Part shown: positions 1-8,290 of the stretch, piece by piece
How the letters are laid out: each line of letters begins with the position of its first letter
Position numbering within the stretch: position 1 is the first letter of the stretch
Assembly: GCA_025055255.1 (NCBI GenBank)
Contig: JANWYI010000005.1
Location: 38,469-102,468, forward strand
DNA length: 64,000 nt
Direction of reading: 5' to 3'
From: Anaerolineae bacterium
GTDB taxonomy: Bacteria > Chloroflexota > Anaerolineae > Aggregatilineales > UBA2796
The notes under the pieces: generated by a model
Database searches by the model: none
Told to the model about the DNA's origin: nothing
The model's input: the letters and a program-made list of their open reading frames with translations, nothing else
Program-made: the position numbers and the translations under genes

Positions 1-22
1 GAGCAGAGGAGGTAGTTTAACT

Positions 23-1291
23 ATGCGCGCCTTGTGGCTCGTCTTCCACTTTGAGACAATGCGCCAATTGAAGCGGCTTGGCTATCTACTGGTCACTTTT
101 GGCGTGCCAATCGCTGCTGTTGCGCTCTTCCTGTTGTTCAGAGTGCTCGGCAGCAGCGCAGCAGAGGCAGGCACTGGCGGACGCGGCGACTCGCCGCTCG
201 GCGCCAATGTACTCGGCGAAGGCGCCATCAGTGAGGATAGTCCTTTAGCGCAAGCGCGACCGATGGGCTTCGTAGACCACTCAGGCTTGCTGGGCAACGT
301 GCCGACGCTGATCCGCTTCTCTTCAGAGGAAGCAGCGTTGAATGCGCTGAAAAATGGCGAGATCAGCGCTTACTATGTAATTGCAGCCGACTACTTGCAG
401 ACAGGCAAGGTCGAGGCATACTTCCAGCGCTTCAACTTAGGCAGTCTAAGCGACGTTGCCATTCGGCAAGCGCTGCTGAGCGCGTTGATTCGACAAGCTG
501 ATCTTGCGCCGCAAAAATTGGCGCTGCTGCAAGCGCGCACGCTTGACGTCACGCCGATTGCAATCGGCGAGGTAGCCTCACAAGCTACTGAGAACACTAA
601 TTTGCTGCTCGCTAACGTTTTCGCTATCTTGCTGCTCTTCACAGCTCTCACAACAAGCGGCTACCTGCTGCAAAGCCTGACTGAAGAGCGCGAAAATCGC
701 GCTGCAGAGGTCTTGCTCAGCGCGCTGCGCCCACGCGACCTGCTCTTCGGCAAGTTTTTGGCGATGAACGTGCTCGCTCTGCTGCAGACGACGCTGTGGA
801 TCGGCACAGCGCTATTTTTGCTCTCTCAAGCAGCAGGCATTCTACCGGATCTAAGCGGCATTGCGTTGCGCGCTGACCAAGTCATCGTGTTGGTGATCTA
901 CTTTGTGCTAGGCTATCTGTTCTTCAGCAGCGTCTACGCGATCATCAGTGCGCTGACAGCGAACTTCCGCGAAGGCACACAGCTTTCAGTCGTGGTCATA
1001 CTGCCTGCCATGCTTCCGTTCTACCTCTCTGTGGCTTTCATCAACACGCCGAACGAGGCGTTGCCTGTCCTTTTGAGCATGATTCCGATCACAGCGCCAT
1101 TGGCGATGACGTTGCGCGCCTCAGTCACGAGTGTGCCACTTGGCGAGGTGCTACTCAGCGCAGCGCTGCTCAGCCTAACCATTGTCGCTTGCGTGTGGCT
1201 TGCTGCGCGGTTGTTCCGTGTGAATATGCTGCTGAGCGGACGTCCGCCAAAACTGCGCGACGTGCTGCGCCTTGTCAGCGAGCGCGCCTAG
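23..1291 (+). CDS. ABC-2 type transporter permease (NatB-like)
   Basis: One N-terminal TM, a large extracytoplasmic loop and five C-terminal TMs; EERENRAAEVLLSALRP...LLFGK and IPITAPLAM motifs typical of ABC-2 permeases; RBS GAGGAGG upstream. ATPase partner not in window. Confidence 0.85.
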   Translation: MRALWLVFHFETMRQLKRLGYLLVTFGVPIAAVALFLLFRVLGSSAAEAGTGGRGDSPLGANVLGEGAISEDSPLAQARPMGFVDHSGLLGNVPTLIRFSSEEAALNALKNGEISAYYVIAADYLQTGKVEAYFQRFNLGSLSDVAIRQALLSALIRQADLAPQKLALLQARTLDVTPIAIGEVASQATENTNLLLANVFAILLLFTALTTSGYLLQSLTEERENRAAEVLLSALRPRDLLFGKFLAMNVLALLQTTLWIGTALFLLSQAAGILPDLSGIALRADQVIVLVIYFVLGYLFFSSVYAIISALTANFREGTQLSVVVILPAMLPFYLSVAFINTPNEALPVLLSMIPITAPLAMTLRASVTSVPLGEVLLSAALLSLTIVACVWLAARLFRVNMLLSGRPPKLRDVLRLVSERA

Positions 1292-2427
1292 CGCATAATT
1301 GCCAAAGTGTTGCCGAGCATGTGCGCGGCGCGCGTTAGCCACAGCGGCGCGTTGGCAAGTGCCTCACTCAGCGTAGTGACCGCAGGTAAGATGCTCCACG
1401 CCGCTGTGATGCCCATCTCGGCAAGCACGCTCGGTGTTGCCTCGATTGTGCCTGCAAAAGCGATGACGGGAATATGACGCGCCGCTGCGGCTGCAGCAAT
1501 GCGCTGCACAGCTTTGCCACTTTCAGTCTGAGAGTCGATTTTGCCCTCACCTGTGATGAGCAGCTGAACTCCTTCCAGCTTTGCCTCGTAGTTGAGCAAG
1601 CTCATCACAGTAGGCGCGCCGAGTACCAGCTCAGCGCCTAATGCGGCTGCCATGCCTGCACCAAAGCCGCCTGCAGCACCGCCGCCTTGTAACGCTGCCA
1701 CATCTACGCCCAAGTCGCGTGCCAAGACCTCAGCATAGTGCGTTAGCGCTGCTTCAAGCTGTTCGACCATCTCAGGATCGGCGCCTTTCTGAGGTGCGAA
1801 GGTACGCGAGGCACCTTGAGCGCCGATCAGCGGACTAGTCACATCGCAAAGGATCGTGAACTTTGCATCAGGCAGGTTAGCGCGCAAAGCAGAGACATCT
1901 ACGTGCGCCAATTGCCGAAGTGCGCCGCCGCCTTGCGGCAACTCACGTCCATTGGCGTCTAGAAAGCGCGCGCCGAGCGCCTGCAGACAGCCTGCGCCGC
2001 CGTCATTGGTAGCGCTGCCGCCAATGCCGATCAAGAAATGGCGGCAGCCGCGCCGATACGCCTCACGGATCAGCTCGCCTGTGCCATAAGTTGTGGTTAA
2101 GAGCGGATTGCGCTCAGCGCGCGGCAATAGCTCAATACCAGAGGCACGTGCCAGCTCTATGATTGCTGTCTTGCCGTCGCTTAGGATGCCGAACTCTGCT
2201 GTGATTGGCGCGCCACGCGCGTTACTCACTGTCACGCTGTGTCGTGTGCCACTCAAGCCGTGCAAAAGCACGTCCAACGTGCCATCTCCGCCATCCGCCA
2301 ATGGCATTCGGACGAGGTCGAGATGAGGACGCAAAGCAGAAGCGCGCAGTCCTGTTGCTAGGCACTCAATAGCTTGCAGCGCTGTCAGGCTGCCGCGAAA
2401 AGCATTAGGCGCTAGGGCGATGCGCAT
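1288..2427 (-). CDS. glxK: Glycerate kinase (GlxK/GarK family)
   Basis: APNAFRGSL, PLADGGDGT, GIGGSATNDGG, GAAGG and TGEGKIDSQT motifs. ATG at 2427 overlaps the upstream TGA (TGATG); the ORF track starts one codon earlier at TTG 2430. Confidence 0.9.
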   Translation of the reverse strand: MRIALAPNAFRGSLTALQAIECLATGLRASALRPHLDLVRMPLADGGDGTLDVLLHGLSGTRHSVTVSNARGAPITAEFGILSDGKTAIIELARASGIELLPRAERNPLLTTTYGTGELIREAYRRGCRHFLIGIGGSATNDGGAGCLQALGARFLDANGRELPQGGGALRQLAHVDVSALRANLPDAKFTILCDVTSPLIGAQGASRTFAPQKGADPEMVEQLEAALTHYAEVLARDLGVDVAALQGGGAAGGFGAGMAAALGAELVLGAPTVMSLLNYEAKLEGVQLLITGEGKIDSQTESGKAVQRIAAAAAARHIPVIAFAGTIEATPSVLAEMGITAAWSILPAVTTLSEALANAPLWLTRAAHMLGNTLAIMR

Positions 2428-2621
2428 CAACTGAGCAAGAAAACGGCAAGCAGTGCAACAGCTGCTAGACTGCCGAAGGCAGGTAGGACAAGACGCGTCA
2501 CAGGCTCGTTCAGGATCGCGCGCTCGTACTCATCAGCCGTGCGACGGATGATGAACAGGCTCAAGGCGCCCAGCAGCATAGCTAGGATAAAACTGAGCAG
2601 GGTGAGATCAATGCTCTTCAT
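2427..2621 (-). CDS. Small two-TM membrane protein, unknown function (64 aa)
   Basis: MKSIDLTLLSFILAMLLGALSLFII...LVLPAFGSLAAVALLAVFLLS; GGAG upstream of ATG 2621; stop overlaps the glxK start. Confidence 0.6.
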   Translation of the reverse strand: MKSIDLTLLSFILAMLLGALSLFIIRRTADEYERAILNEPVTRLVLPAFGSLAAVALLAVFLLS

Positions 2622-2685
2622 CCTCGATCTCCGCAGCTTTAAGCTAGGCAGGACGCCCAGCAAAGGTTCGTCGTGAATTTTTCAG

Positions 2686-2780
2686 AGCGCTATTGCAATT
2701 AATTCTCAATAACGCTACGATCATTATAAATGAGCGCATGGCATGCTATCTATGCCATACGTTAACCTTGAGTTTAACGT
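2686..2780. promoter_or_regulatory. Divergent promoter region with three inverted repeats
   Basis: AGCGCTATTG-N11-CAATAACGCT (2686-2716, 1 mismatch), ATGGCAT-N7-ATGCCAT (2738-2758), ACGTTAA-N8-TTAACGT (2759-2780); minus-strand TATAAT at 2723-2728. Confidence 0.45.
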
Positions 2781-2803
2781 GACTTAAACCGAGAATAGGT
2801 AGC

Positions 2804-3499
2804 TTGATGAGCAAGGGAAATGTCGGGAGCGTGCGCGCCAGCATCATTCAGCAAGAATATCTGGCAGAAGCCTATCGGATCGCACATTATCAAGGCGATA
2901 ATCCATACATCACAACCTCTGCACTGGCAGAGCGGATGAATGTCTCAGCGCCAGCAGTGGCAGCAGTAGTGGAGCGCTTGAAACGCGGCGGCTACGTGGA
3001 ACACGAGCCGTATCGCGGTATGCGCCTGACGCCGAAAGGCGAGCGTGAGGCGCTGCTGAGCATCCGCCGTCATCGTTTGGCAGAAGCCTTCTTGGTAAGA
3101 GTGATGGGTTTTGCGTGGCATGAGGTACACGAAGAAGCTGAGGCGCTTGGCGCAGTGATCAGCGATGAATTAGCGGCGCGCATGGAGCAGATGGCAGGCT
3201 ATCCAAAGCGCTGTCCGCACGGCGAGCCGATTCCAACTGCTGAAGGCGTCATGCCGTCAATTCACGACACGCCGCTCTCAGAGATCAGCCAAGTACCGAT
3301 AGAGTTAGTGATCAGCCGCGTCAACAGCCACGATCCTGAAGTGTTGAAGTATCTCGGCTCGCTGCAGCTAGTGCCAGAGCAACCGATTACCTTGCTCAAT
3401 CGCGCGCCGTTTCATGGTCCGCTGCGTTTGCGCATCGGCAAGCACGAACAAGTCATCGGCTACGAGCTGGCGCGCAGCATCCGCGTCACACCTGCCTGA
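2804..3499 (+). CDS. DtxR/MntR-family transcriptional regulator with FeoA-like C-terminal domain; metal site 2 degenerate
   Basis: EYL..Y, wHTH (LAERMNVSAPAV), RRHRLAE, WHEVHEEA, CPHGEPIP and SH3/FeoA-like tail; HEEAEALGAV where E105/H106 are expected. Confidence 0.9.
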   Translation: MMSKGNVGSVRASIIQQEYLAEAYRIAHYQGDNPYITTSALAERMNVSAPAVAAVVERLKRGGYVEHEPYRGMRLTPKGEREALLSIRRHRLAEAFLVRVMGFAWHEVHEEAEALGAVISDELAARMEQMAGYPKRCPHGEPIPTAEGVMPSIHDTPLSEISQVPIELVISRVNSHDPEVLKYLGSLQLVPEQPITLLNRAPFHGPLRLRIGKHEQVIGYELARSIRVTPA

Positions 3500-3510
3500 G
3501 CAGGGTTTCT

Positions 3511-3533
3511 GCGGGACGCCTCGCACGTCCCGC
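3511..3533. terminator. Hairpin between convergent genes (possible bidirectional terminator)
   Basis: GCGGGACG-N7-CGTCCCGC between the stops at 3499 and 3545; no clear U-tract. Confidence 0.45.
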
Positions 3534-3544
3534 GCTGCTTGTGG

Positions 3545-4282
3545 TTAGTTGGCGCCGCTCATGCTGCTGGCACTGCTACTTGCGCTGCTCTCACTGCTGC
3601 TGCTCGTCAAGCCTAGACGCCGACGGCGCTCCTCAAGCTGCTGGTCAACAAGATTCTGCTCGATAGTTTCCTCAACCACATCCTGCAGACGCATAGACGC
3701 GACTTCCATCTCGGCATCCTCACGATCAAGGCGCGCGCGAATCATGTCACCAATGCGACGGATGTCAGCATCGCCGACACCTTGCAGATCGTTCAGGCTG
3801 CGAATGGTGCGCGTCGTGGCGCGCTTTGCCTCAGCCAACTTCAGCAGCTCTTGCAAGTGCTCGCGCTCTTGGCGGACAGTGTTCAGGCGTGCTTCGAGCT
3901 TCAGCTTGGCGTCTAACATGCGCTTATACTCTTGCTCTTGGCTCTGCCACTGTTGGTAGTACTCTTGTGCCTGCTGCTGCTTGAGGTTGAGCTCTGCCTG
4001 CAGCCGCGCCGCTTGATCTGTGCGTCCAGCCATTAGAAGCGAGTCAATGTTGCGGTCGAGCTTCTCAGCCGCAGCTGACATCTCTTCATACTTGCGCTTG
4101 AGTGTACGCACACTGCCACCAACAGTCACGATCTGCGTCTCCAGCGTGTCCAGATCGCGGTCAGCGCGGCGAATGTACTCGTCCATGACCTTGACTGAGT
4201 TCATTTCCAGCGCCTTGTCCACCAGAGCGTGTAAGTTGGCAGAGATCAGGATGTTGATCTTCTCAAGAATTCCCTGTGCCAT
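3545..4282 (-). CDS. pspA: PspA/IM30 family protein
   Basis: MAQGILEKINILISANLHALVDKA...DEYIRRA start, long coiled coil and Ser-rich tail; AAGAAGGG RBS before ATG 4282. The 43-codon extension in the ORF track is rejected. Confidence 0.85.
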   Translation of the reverse strand: MAQGILEKINILISANLHALVDKALEMNSVKVMDEYIRRADRDLDTLETQIVTVGGSVRTLKRKYEEMSAAAEKLDRNIDSLLMAGRTDQAARLQAELNLKQQQAQEYYQQWQSQEQEYKRMLDAKLKLEARLNTVRQEREHLQELLKLAEAKRATTRTIRSLNDLQGVGDADIRRIGDMIRARLDREDAEMEVASMRLQDVVEETIEQNLVDQQLEERRRRLGLTSSSSESSASSSASSMSGAN

Positions 4283-4454
4283 CGGTCGTCCCTTCTTAAG
4301 CAAAAGGTGGCTTGCTCTTGCGTTCAACTGGCATTGTAGCACAAAAACTGCGCTCAGGCACGCGCCAATTGTTGTCCAAAGCTGTGCTAGTTTCAGCGTA
4401 GCTTGGCACATTCGCTCACCTGTGTTACCTTGTAACCTTTGAAGACTCTATCAC

Positions 4455-5801
4455 ATGCCGACGTCGCGCTTGCGCTATGCCAGCTATCATTTGCACCTCG
4501 TCAGTCTGTTGGCGCACAGACACAGCGCTAAGCTGACTTTCCGCGATCAAGTTGCACTCGTTCAGGCACTAGATAGTGCGCTCGATCTGCTGGAAAGCGA
4601 ACCGTCTTTTCGAGCGCTGACAATCCTTGACGGCTGTGGCACTCTTGAGGACTATCTGCGGCTGCGACCTGAGCATTTTGAGCGCCTTGAGGCAGTTGGA
4701 CGGCGCGGCGCCTTGCAGATCAATCCGTTTTACGTCCTGCCTGAGCTGTCCGTGCATACGCCTGAAGGAGTTATCCGCAACTTGTTGCGCGGCACAGCGA
4801 GCGCAAAGGTCTTCGGCGGCGCTATGCCAGTGGCGCTGTGTTTGAAGACTAGACATCTGCCTGACTGGCTACCACAAGTTCTGCGTGGCTTCGGCATACA
4901 GGCAATCCTAGCTGACTGGTATGACGAGCATCCGCTGGAGCAAAATTGGCAAGGCGACGACGGCTCACAAGTCTTGCTGACAGCTGTTTATCCGCTTATG
5001 GCGCTTGAGATCGCCATCGAAAATGTTTTTCATCGCATGGCGTCGTGCTGCCAAAGCGGACATCTCTTGCTGTTTCACCTCTGGTCAGCGCAGACAGCCG
5101 CGTCGTGGCGTATGTGGCTCACGCGGCTGAAGCAACAGCGTCCGATTGACATCTTGCTTCACAGCACGCCAAGCGCTTATCTACGTGCAGTGCAAGCAGC
5201 GCGCAATCAGGACTATGTGGCACGGCAAGGCAACCTTGCGCTCGCTGACTTGCCGAGCGAAGCTCCAGATGCTTTTGCGCAGTTTGAGCGCTTTCTCACG
5301 CAGACCGTTGAACCACTGATCGCCTTTGCAGCGCTGCAGGCTAGTCCGCGTGTGCCTGTGCAACCACAACGTCTGATCGCGCAGCTGTGGCAACCACTCT
5401 TCGACTGGACGGGTCAGCCCTTTTCGGAAGACGCACGCCAAGCACTCGAAGCGCAGCTGAGCGCTCTCAAGACTGACCTTGCTTTCTTGGCTGAACGTAA
5501 CGGCGCTGACCTGAATCTTCCTCAGTTTGAGCGCCTTGTGCGCTCTGATGACGTGCGCTTTGCGCTGACTACCTGCAAGTTGCCTGATGATCCGAGTCGC
5601 TCAGGCATGATTGTGCGCGGCAGACTCAGCGCGTCTGAGAGCGCTTGGATCACGCTCACGCCGTTCCGCCGTTTTGCACACTGCGAAGTTATCTCTATGG
5701 CAGAAGTGCCAACAGGCGGTAATCTGACCGTTGAGGAAGATGGCGCTATTATCTTCCGCGCTGAGCCGCAACATCTCTACACTTTCTGGCTGCATGACTA
5801 G
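4455..5801 (+). CDS. GH38 (alpha-mannosidase/MngB)-like protein, shortened and predicted catalytically inactive
   Basis: LDG..TLEDYL.LRPE...GALQINPFYV.PE...EGVIRNLL.G...LPQVLRGFGI follows the GH38 N-terminal domain; the HxD Zn motif is absent and the nucleophile Asp position is Lys (AAG 4845-4847). Confidence 0.75.
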   Translation: MPTSRLRYASYHLHLVSLLAHRHSAKLTFRDQVALVQALDSALDLLESEPSFRALTILDGCGTLEDYLRLRPEHFERLEAVGRRGALQINPFYVLPELSVHTPEGVIRNLLRGTASAKVFGGAMPVALCLKTRHLPDWLPQVLRGFGIQAILADWYDEHPLEQNWQGDDGSQVLLTAVYPLMALEIAIENVFHRMASCCQSGHLLLFHLWSAQTAASWRMWLTRLKQQRPIDILLHSTPSAYLRAVQAARNQDYVARQGNLALADLPSEAPDAFAQFERFLTQTVEPLIAFAALQASPRVPVQPQRLIAQLWQPLFDWTGQPFSEDARQALEAQLSALKTDLAFLAERNGADLNLPQFERLVRSDDVRFALTTCKLPDDPSRSGMIVRGRLSASESAWITLTPFRRFAHCEVISMAEVPTGGNLTVEEDGAIIFRAEPQHLYTFWLHD

Positions 5802-5803
5802 AC

Positions 5804-5836
5804 TTGACACGCTTATCCAAGAGCGATACGCTCTTG
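5804..5836 (+). promoter_or_regulatory. Sigma70-type promoter for the AI-2E gene with an inverted repeat over the -10
   Basis: TTGACA(5804-5809)-N17-TACGCT(5827-5832); CAAGAGCG-ATA-CGCTCTTG at 5818-5836. Confidence 0.55.
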
Positions 5837-5880
5837 CTCAAATGAGATAAGCACTGAGTAGCAGTCCAAAAGACAAGCTG

Positions 5881-7158
5881 ATGAGTGACCAGCTACCATC
5901 TGACTCGCCTAGTCTGACCGAGTCGCCGTCTTACCCTGCTGAGTGGAGCACATGGACAAAGCGCGTAGCAGCCGTGCTGCTATTGATTGCAGGCGTCTAC
6001 TCGCTGACCTTTCTCGGTCCGGTCTTGCAGGTTTTGATCATCGCCCTGCTCTTGGTGCTGTTCTTTTTCATCCCGATTCAGTTCATGATGCGCTGGCTGC
6101 GCTTCCCGTACTGGTTAGCTGTGATCAGCGTGTTTGCGCTGTACTTGGGCAGCATCACCTTCGCCATTTTGCGGATTGGTCCCGCTGTGGCAGATACGAT
6201 CAGCTCATGGCAGCCTGCCATTGAGAATGTGGTCAACACTGGCATCACGTTCTTTCGACAATATACGCCTGAGCGCGACCGCTACCTCTACCTGCTGCGC
6301 GACGAAGCAAATCCTGAGAATGACCTGCGCATTGACCTGAACTTCCTGCTAGAGCCGATCAGTCAGCTAGTGAAAGGCGAGGCGTCTAACATCAACGTTG
6401 CCTCGATTTTAGGCAATGTGGCAGGCAATGTGGCAAATGTAGCAGGCGGCGTCTTTGGCACGCTCGGTAACCTGATCTTGGGACATCTACTTGCATTTTT
6501 CATTCTGTTGGAGATGCCGCGCGCGTATCGCGCTTTCTTGCGTATGGACGATGTCTACGAACGTGAGTACGCGATTTTGCTGCGCGGCGTGTTGCGCGTG
6601 TGGCTGTATTTCTTTCGCGGACAAGTCATCATTGCGCTAATCATCGGCGTGGCAACATGGCTTCAGTTTCAGGTAATGGGCGTGCCGGGCGCGATTTTCG
6701 TCGGCGTGACGTGCGGCTTGTTAGCGCTGATTCCAACAGTTGGCAACTTGCTGAGCATCATCCCAGTGACGGTCGCGCCGTTGATCGGCGGCTCAACGGT
6801 CTTCACAGAGCTGGATCGCGGCACATTAGTGCTGCTCGTAGCACTTATCAACATCTTAGTCACACAGACTTTCACGCTGAACGTGCTTGCGCCTAAAATC
6901 ACAGGCGACGCTGTCAGTTTGCCGTTGCCCGTTGTGATCATCGGCTTGTTCATTGGAACGGCGTTCGGCGGTATTTTAGGCGCGCTGCTGATTGCGCCAA
7001 TTCTTGGCACGTTGCGCCTGCTCGTGGACTACACACTGCGCAAAATTCGCGGCGGCGATCCGTTTCCAAATGAGCCGCGCCCTGAACTCATCCTTGATGC
7101 AATGTTCTCGCCGCGCCGCAGGTCTAGAAAGCCTGCCTCTGCTCTAGGCAGCAAGTGA
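5881..7158 (+). CDS. AI-2E (PerM/TqsA) family membrane transporter
   Basis: Multiple TMs; YFFRGQVIIALIIG, LLALIPTVG, VLAPKITGDAVSLP, GGILGALLIAP motifs. Confidence 0.85.
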   Translation: MSDQLPSDSPSLTESPSYPAEWSTWTKRVAAVLLLIAGVYSLTFLGPVLQVLIIALLLVLFFFIPIQFMMRWLRFPYWLAVISVFALYLGSITFAILRIGPAVADTISSWQPAIENVVNTGITFFRQYTPERDRYLYLLRDEANPENDLRIDLNFLLEPISQLVKGEASNINVASILGNVAGNVANVAGGVFGTLGNLILGHLLAFFILLEMPRAYRAFLRMDDVYEREYAILLRGVLRVWLYFFRGQVIIALIIGVATWLQFQVMGVPGAIFVGVTCGLLALIPTVGNLLSIIPVTVAPLIGGSTVFTELDRGTLVLLVALINILVTQTFTLNVLAPKITGDAVSLPLPVVIIGLFIGTAFGGILGALLIAPILGTLRLLVDYTLRKIRGGDPFPNEPRPELILDAMFSPRRRSRKPASALGSK

Positions 7159-7171
7159 GCGCGCTGAAAAA

Positions 7172-7227
7172 TCTTCTCCAGCTTTGCACAGGCTCTTCAT
7201 AACTTCTTCATAGGCTTGCCCTACACT
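7172..7227 (+). promoter_or_regulatory. Four 11-bp-spaced direct repeats (OmpR/PhoB-type site) and a -10 element
   Basis: TCTTCTCC (7172), TTTGCACA (7183), TCTTCATA (7194), TCTTCATA (7205); TACACT at 7222-7227; lies upstream of the secreted protein that precedes the OmpR pair. Confidence 0.55.
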
Positions 7228-7290
7228 GAGAAACGTAAGACCGATGCAGGAAAGCAGTCGGAAATCTCTCAGAAGTAAGGAGTGAGTCTC

Positions 7291-8199
7291 ATGAAACGCT
7301 TCAAGAAAGGTCTATTGGCGGCTGCTTTGGCAGTTGCTCTGATCAGTGGCTTGGTGCTGAGCGCAACCACAGCAGAGGCGCAAGGCGGTCGCGGCGGCGC
7401 CTTTGGTCTAGCAGGTGTAGGCGCTTTGATTGCCGCGTGCAGCACAACTGACTACACCAGTGTAGCGGCGCAGGCGCTCAGCATGACGCCGACAGAACTG
7501 CGTGTGGCACTTGCAAGTGGCAACAACCTGGTTCAGATTGCAGCGCAGAAAAGCGTAGACATTGCCAAAGTGGAAGAGGCACTGCGTATGGCGCGCCTTG
7601 CTGAGGTGGACAAAGCACTGGCTGACGGCTTGATCACAGCGGCACAAGCAGAACAGCTTAAAGCGCTGCTAAATCAGACCGCAACGCCACAAGTCACACC
7701 GATGCCGCCTGGCTTGCGTGGACGCGGCGAACGTCATGGCTTGCTAATTGGTCGGGTAAACTTGTTTGCAGGCATCAGCCCACGTAACGCGGTTAAGCCG
7801 TATATTGTAGCGGCTGAAGCGCTCGGCATGTCATGCCCGGAGCTGGTCAAAGCAGCGCAAGCTGGACAGTCCATTGCGCAAGTGGCAATCGCTAAAGGCG
7901 TCTCGCTGCAGACTGTGGTGGATGCGCTGAGCAAGGCGTATAGCGACGCACTGGCAAAGGACGTTCAGGAAGGTCTGGTGGCGCCTGCCCGCGCTCAGGC
8001 AATTCAGGCTCAGATCGTCAACAACGTGCTGCGCATCATCTCGCATCCACATGGGCGCTTTGGCGTAGGTGTGCCGCGCCTGCCACGTACAATGCGCGGC
8101 GCCCAATTCTTTGAAAGCGAGTTACCACCTGATGCCTTTGGGCTAATTGGCGCTGATGAGCAAGTCATGATCGCTGAACTGTTCGAAGGCGGCAATTGA
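7291..8199 (+). CDS. Secreted helical protein with two internal repeats, unknown function
   Basis: AAGGAG RBS at 7277-7282; Sec signal MKRFKKGLLAAALAVALISGLVLSATTAEA; repeats AAQALSMTPTEL...GNNLVQIA and AAEALGMSCPEL...GQSIAQVA 115 aa apart. Confidence 0.8.
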   Translation: MKRFKKGLLAAALAVALISGLVLSATTAEAQGGRGGAFGLAGVGALIAACSTTDYTSVAAQALSMTPTELRVALASGNNLVQIAAQKSVDIAKVEEALRMARLAEVDKALADGLITAAQAEQLKALLNQTATPQVTPMPPGLRGRGERHGLLIGRVNLFAGISPRNAVKPYIVAAEALGMSCPELVKAAQAGQSIAQVAIAKGVSLQTVVDALSKAYSDALAKDVQEGLVAPARAQAIQAQIVNNVLRIISHPHGRFGVGVPRLPRTMRGAQFFESELPPDAFGLIGADEQVMIAELFEGGN

Positions 8200-8236
8200 C
8201 AAGGCTCTCCATGCGCTTGATTGCTCAGGTACAATT

Positions 8237-8268
8237 CAAGGTGAGTCGGCACGTGCCGACTCACTTTG
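8237..8268. terminator. Perfect 24-bp palindrome (extended stem); terminator or operator
   Basis: GTGAGTCGGCACGTGCCGACTCAC (8241-8264) flanked by CAAG/TTTG; about 40 nt after the stop at 8199 and 27 nt before the regulator start. Confidence 0.45.
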
Positions 8269-8290
8269 CATCGCTAGTGAGAGTGCTACC

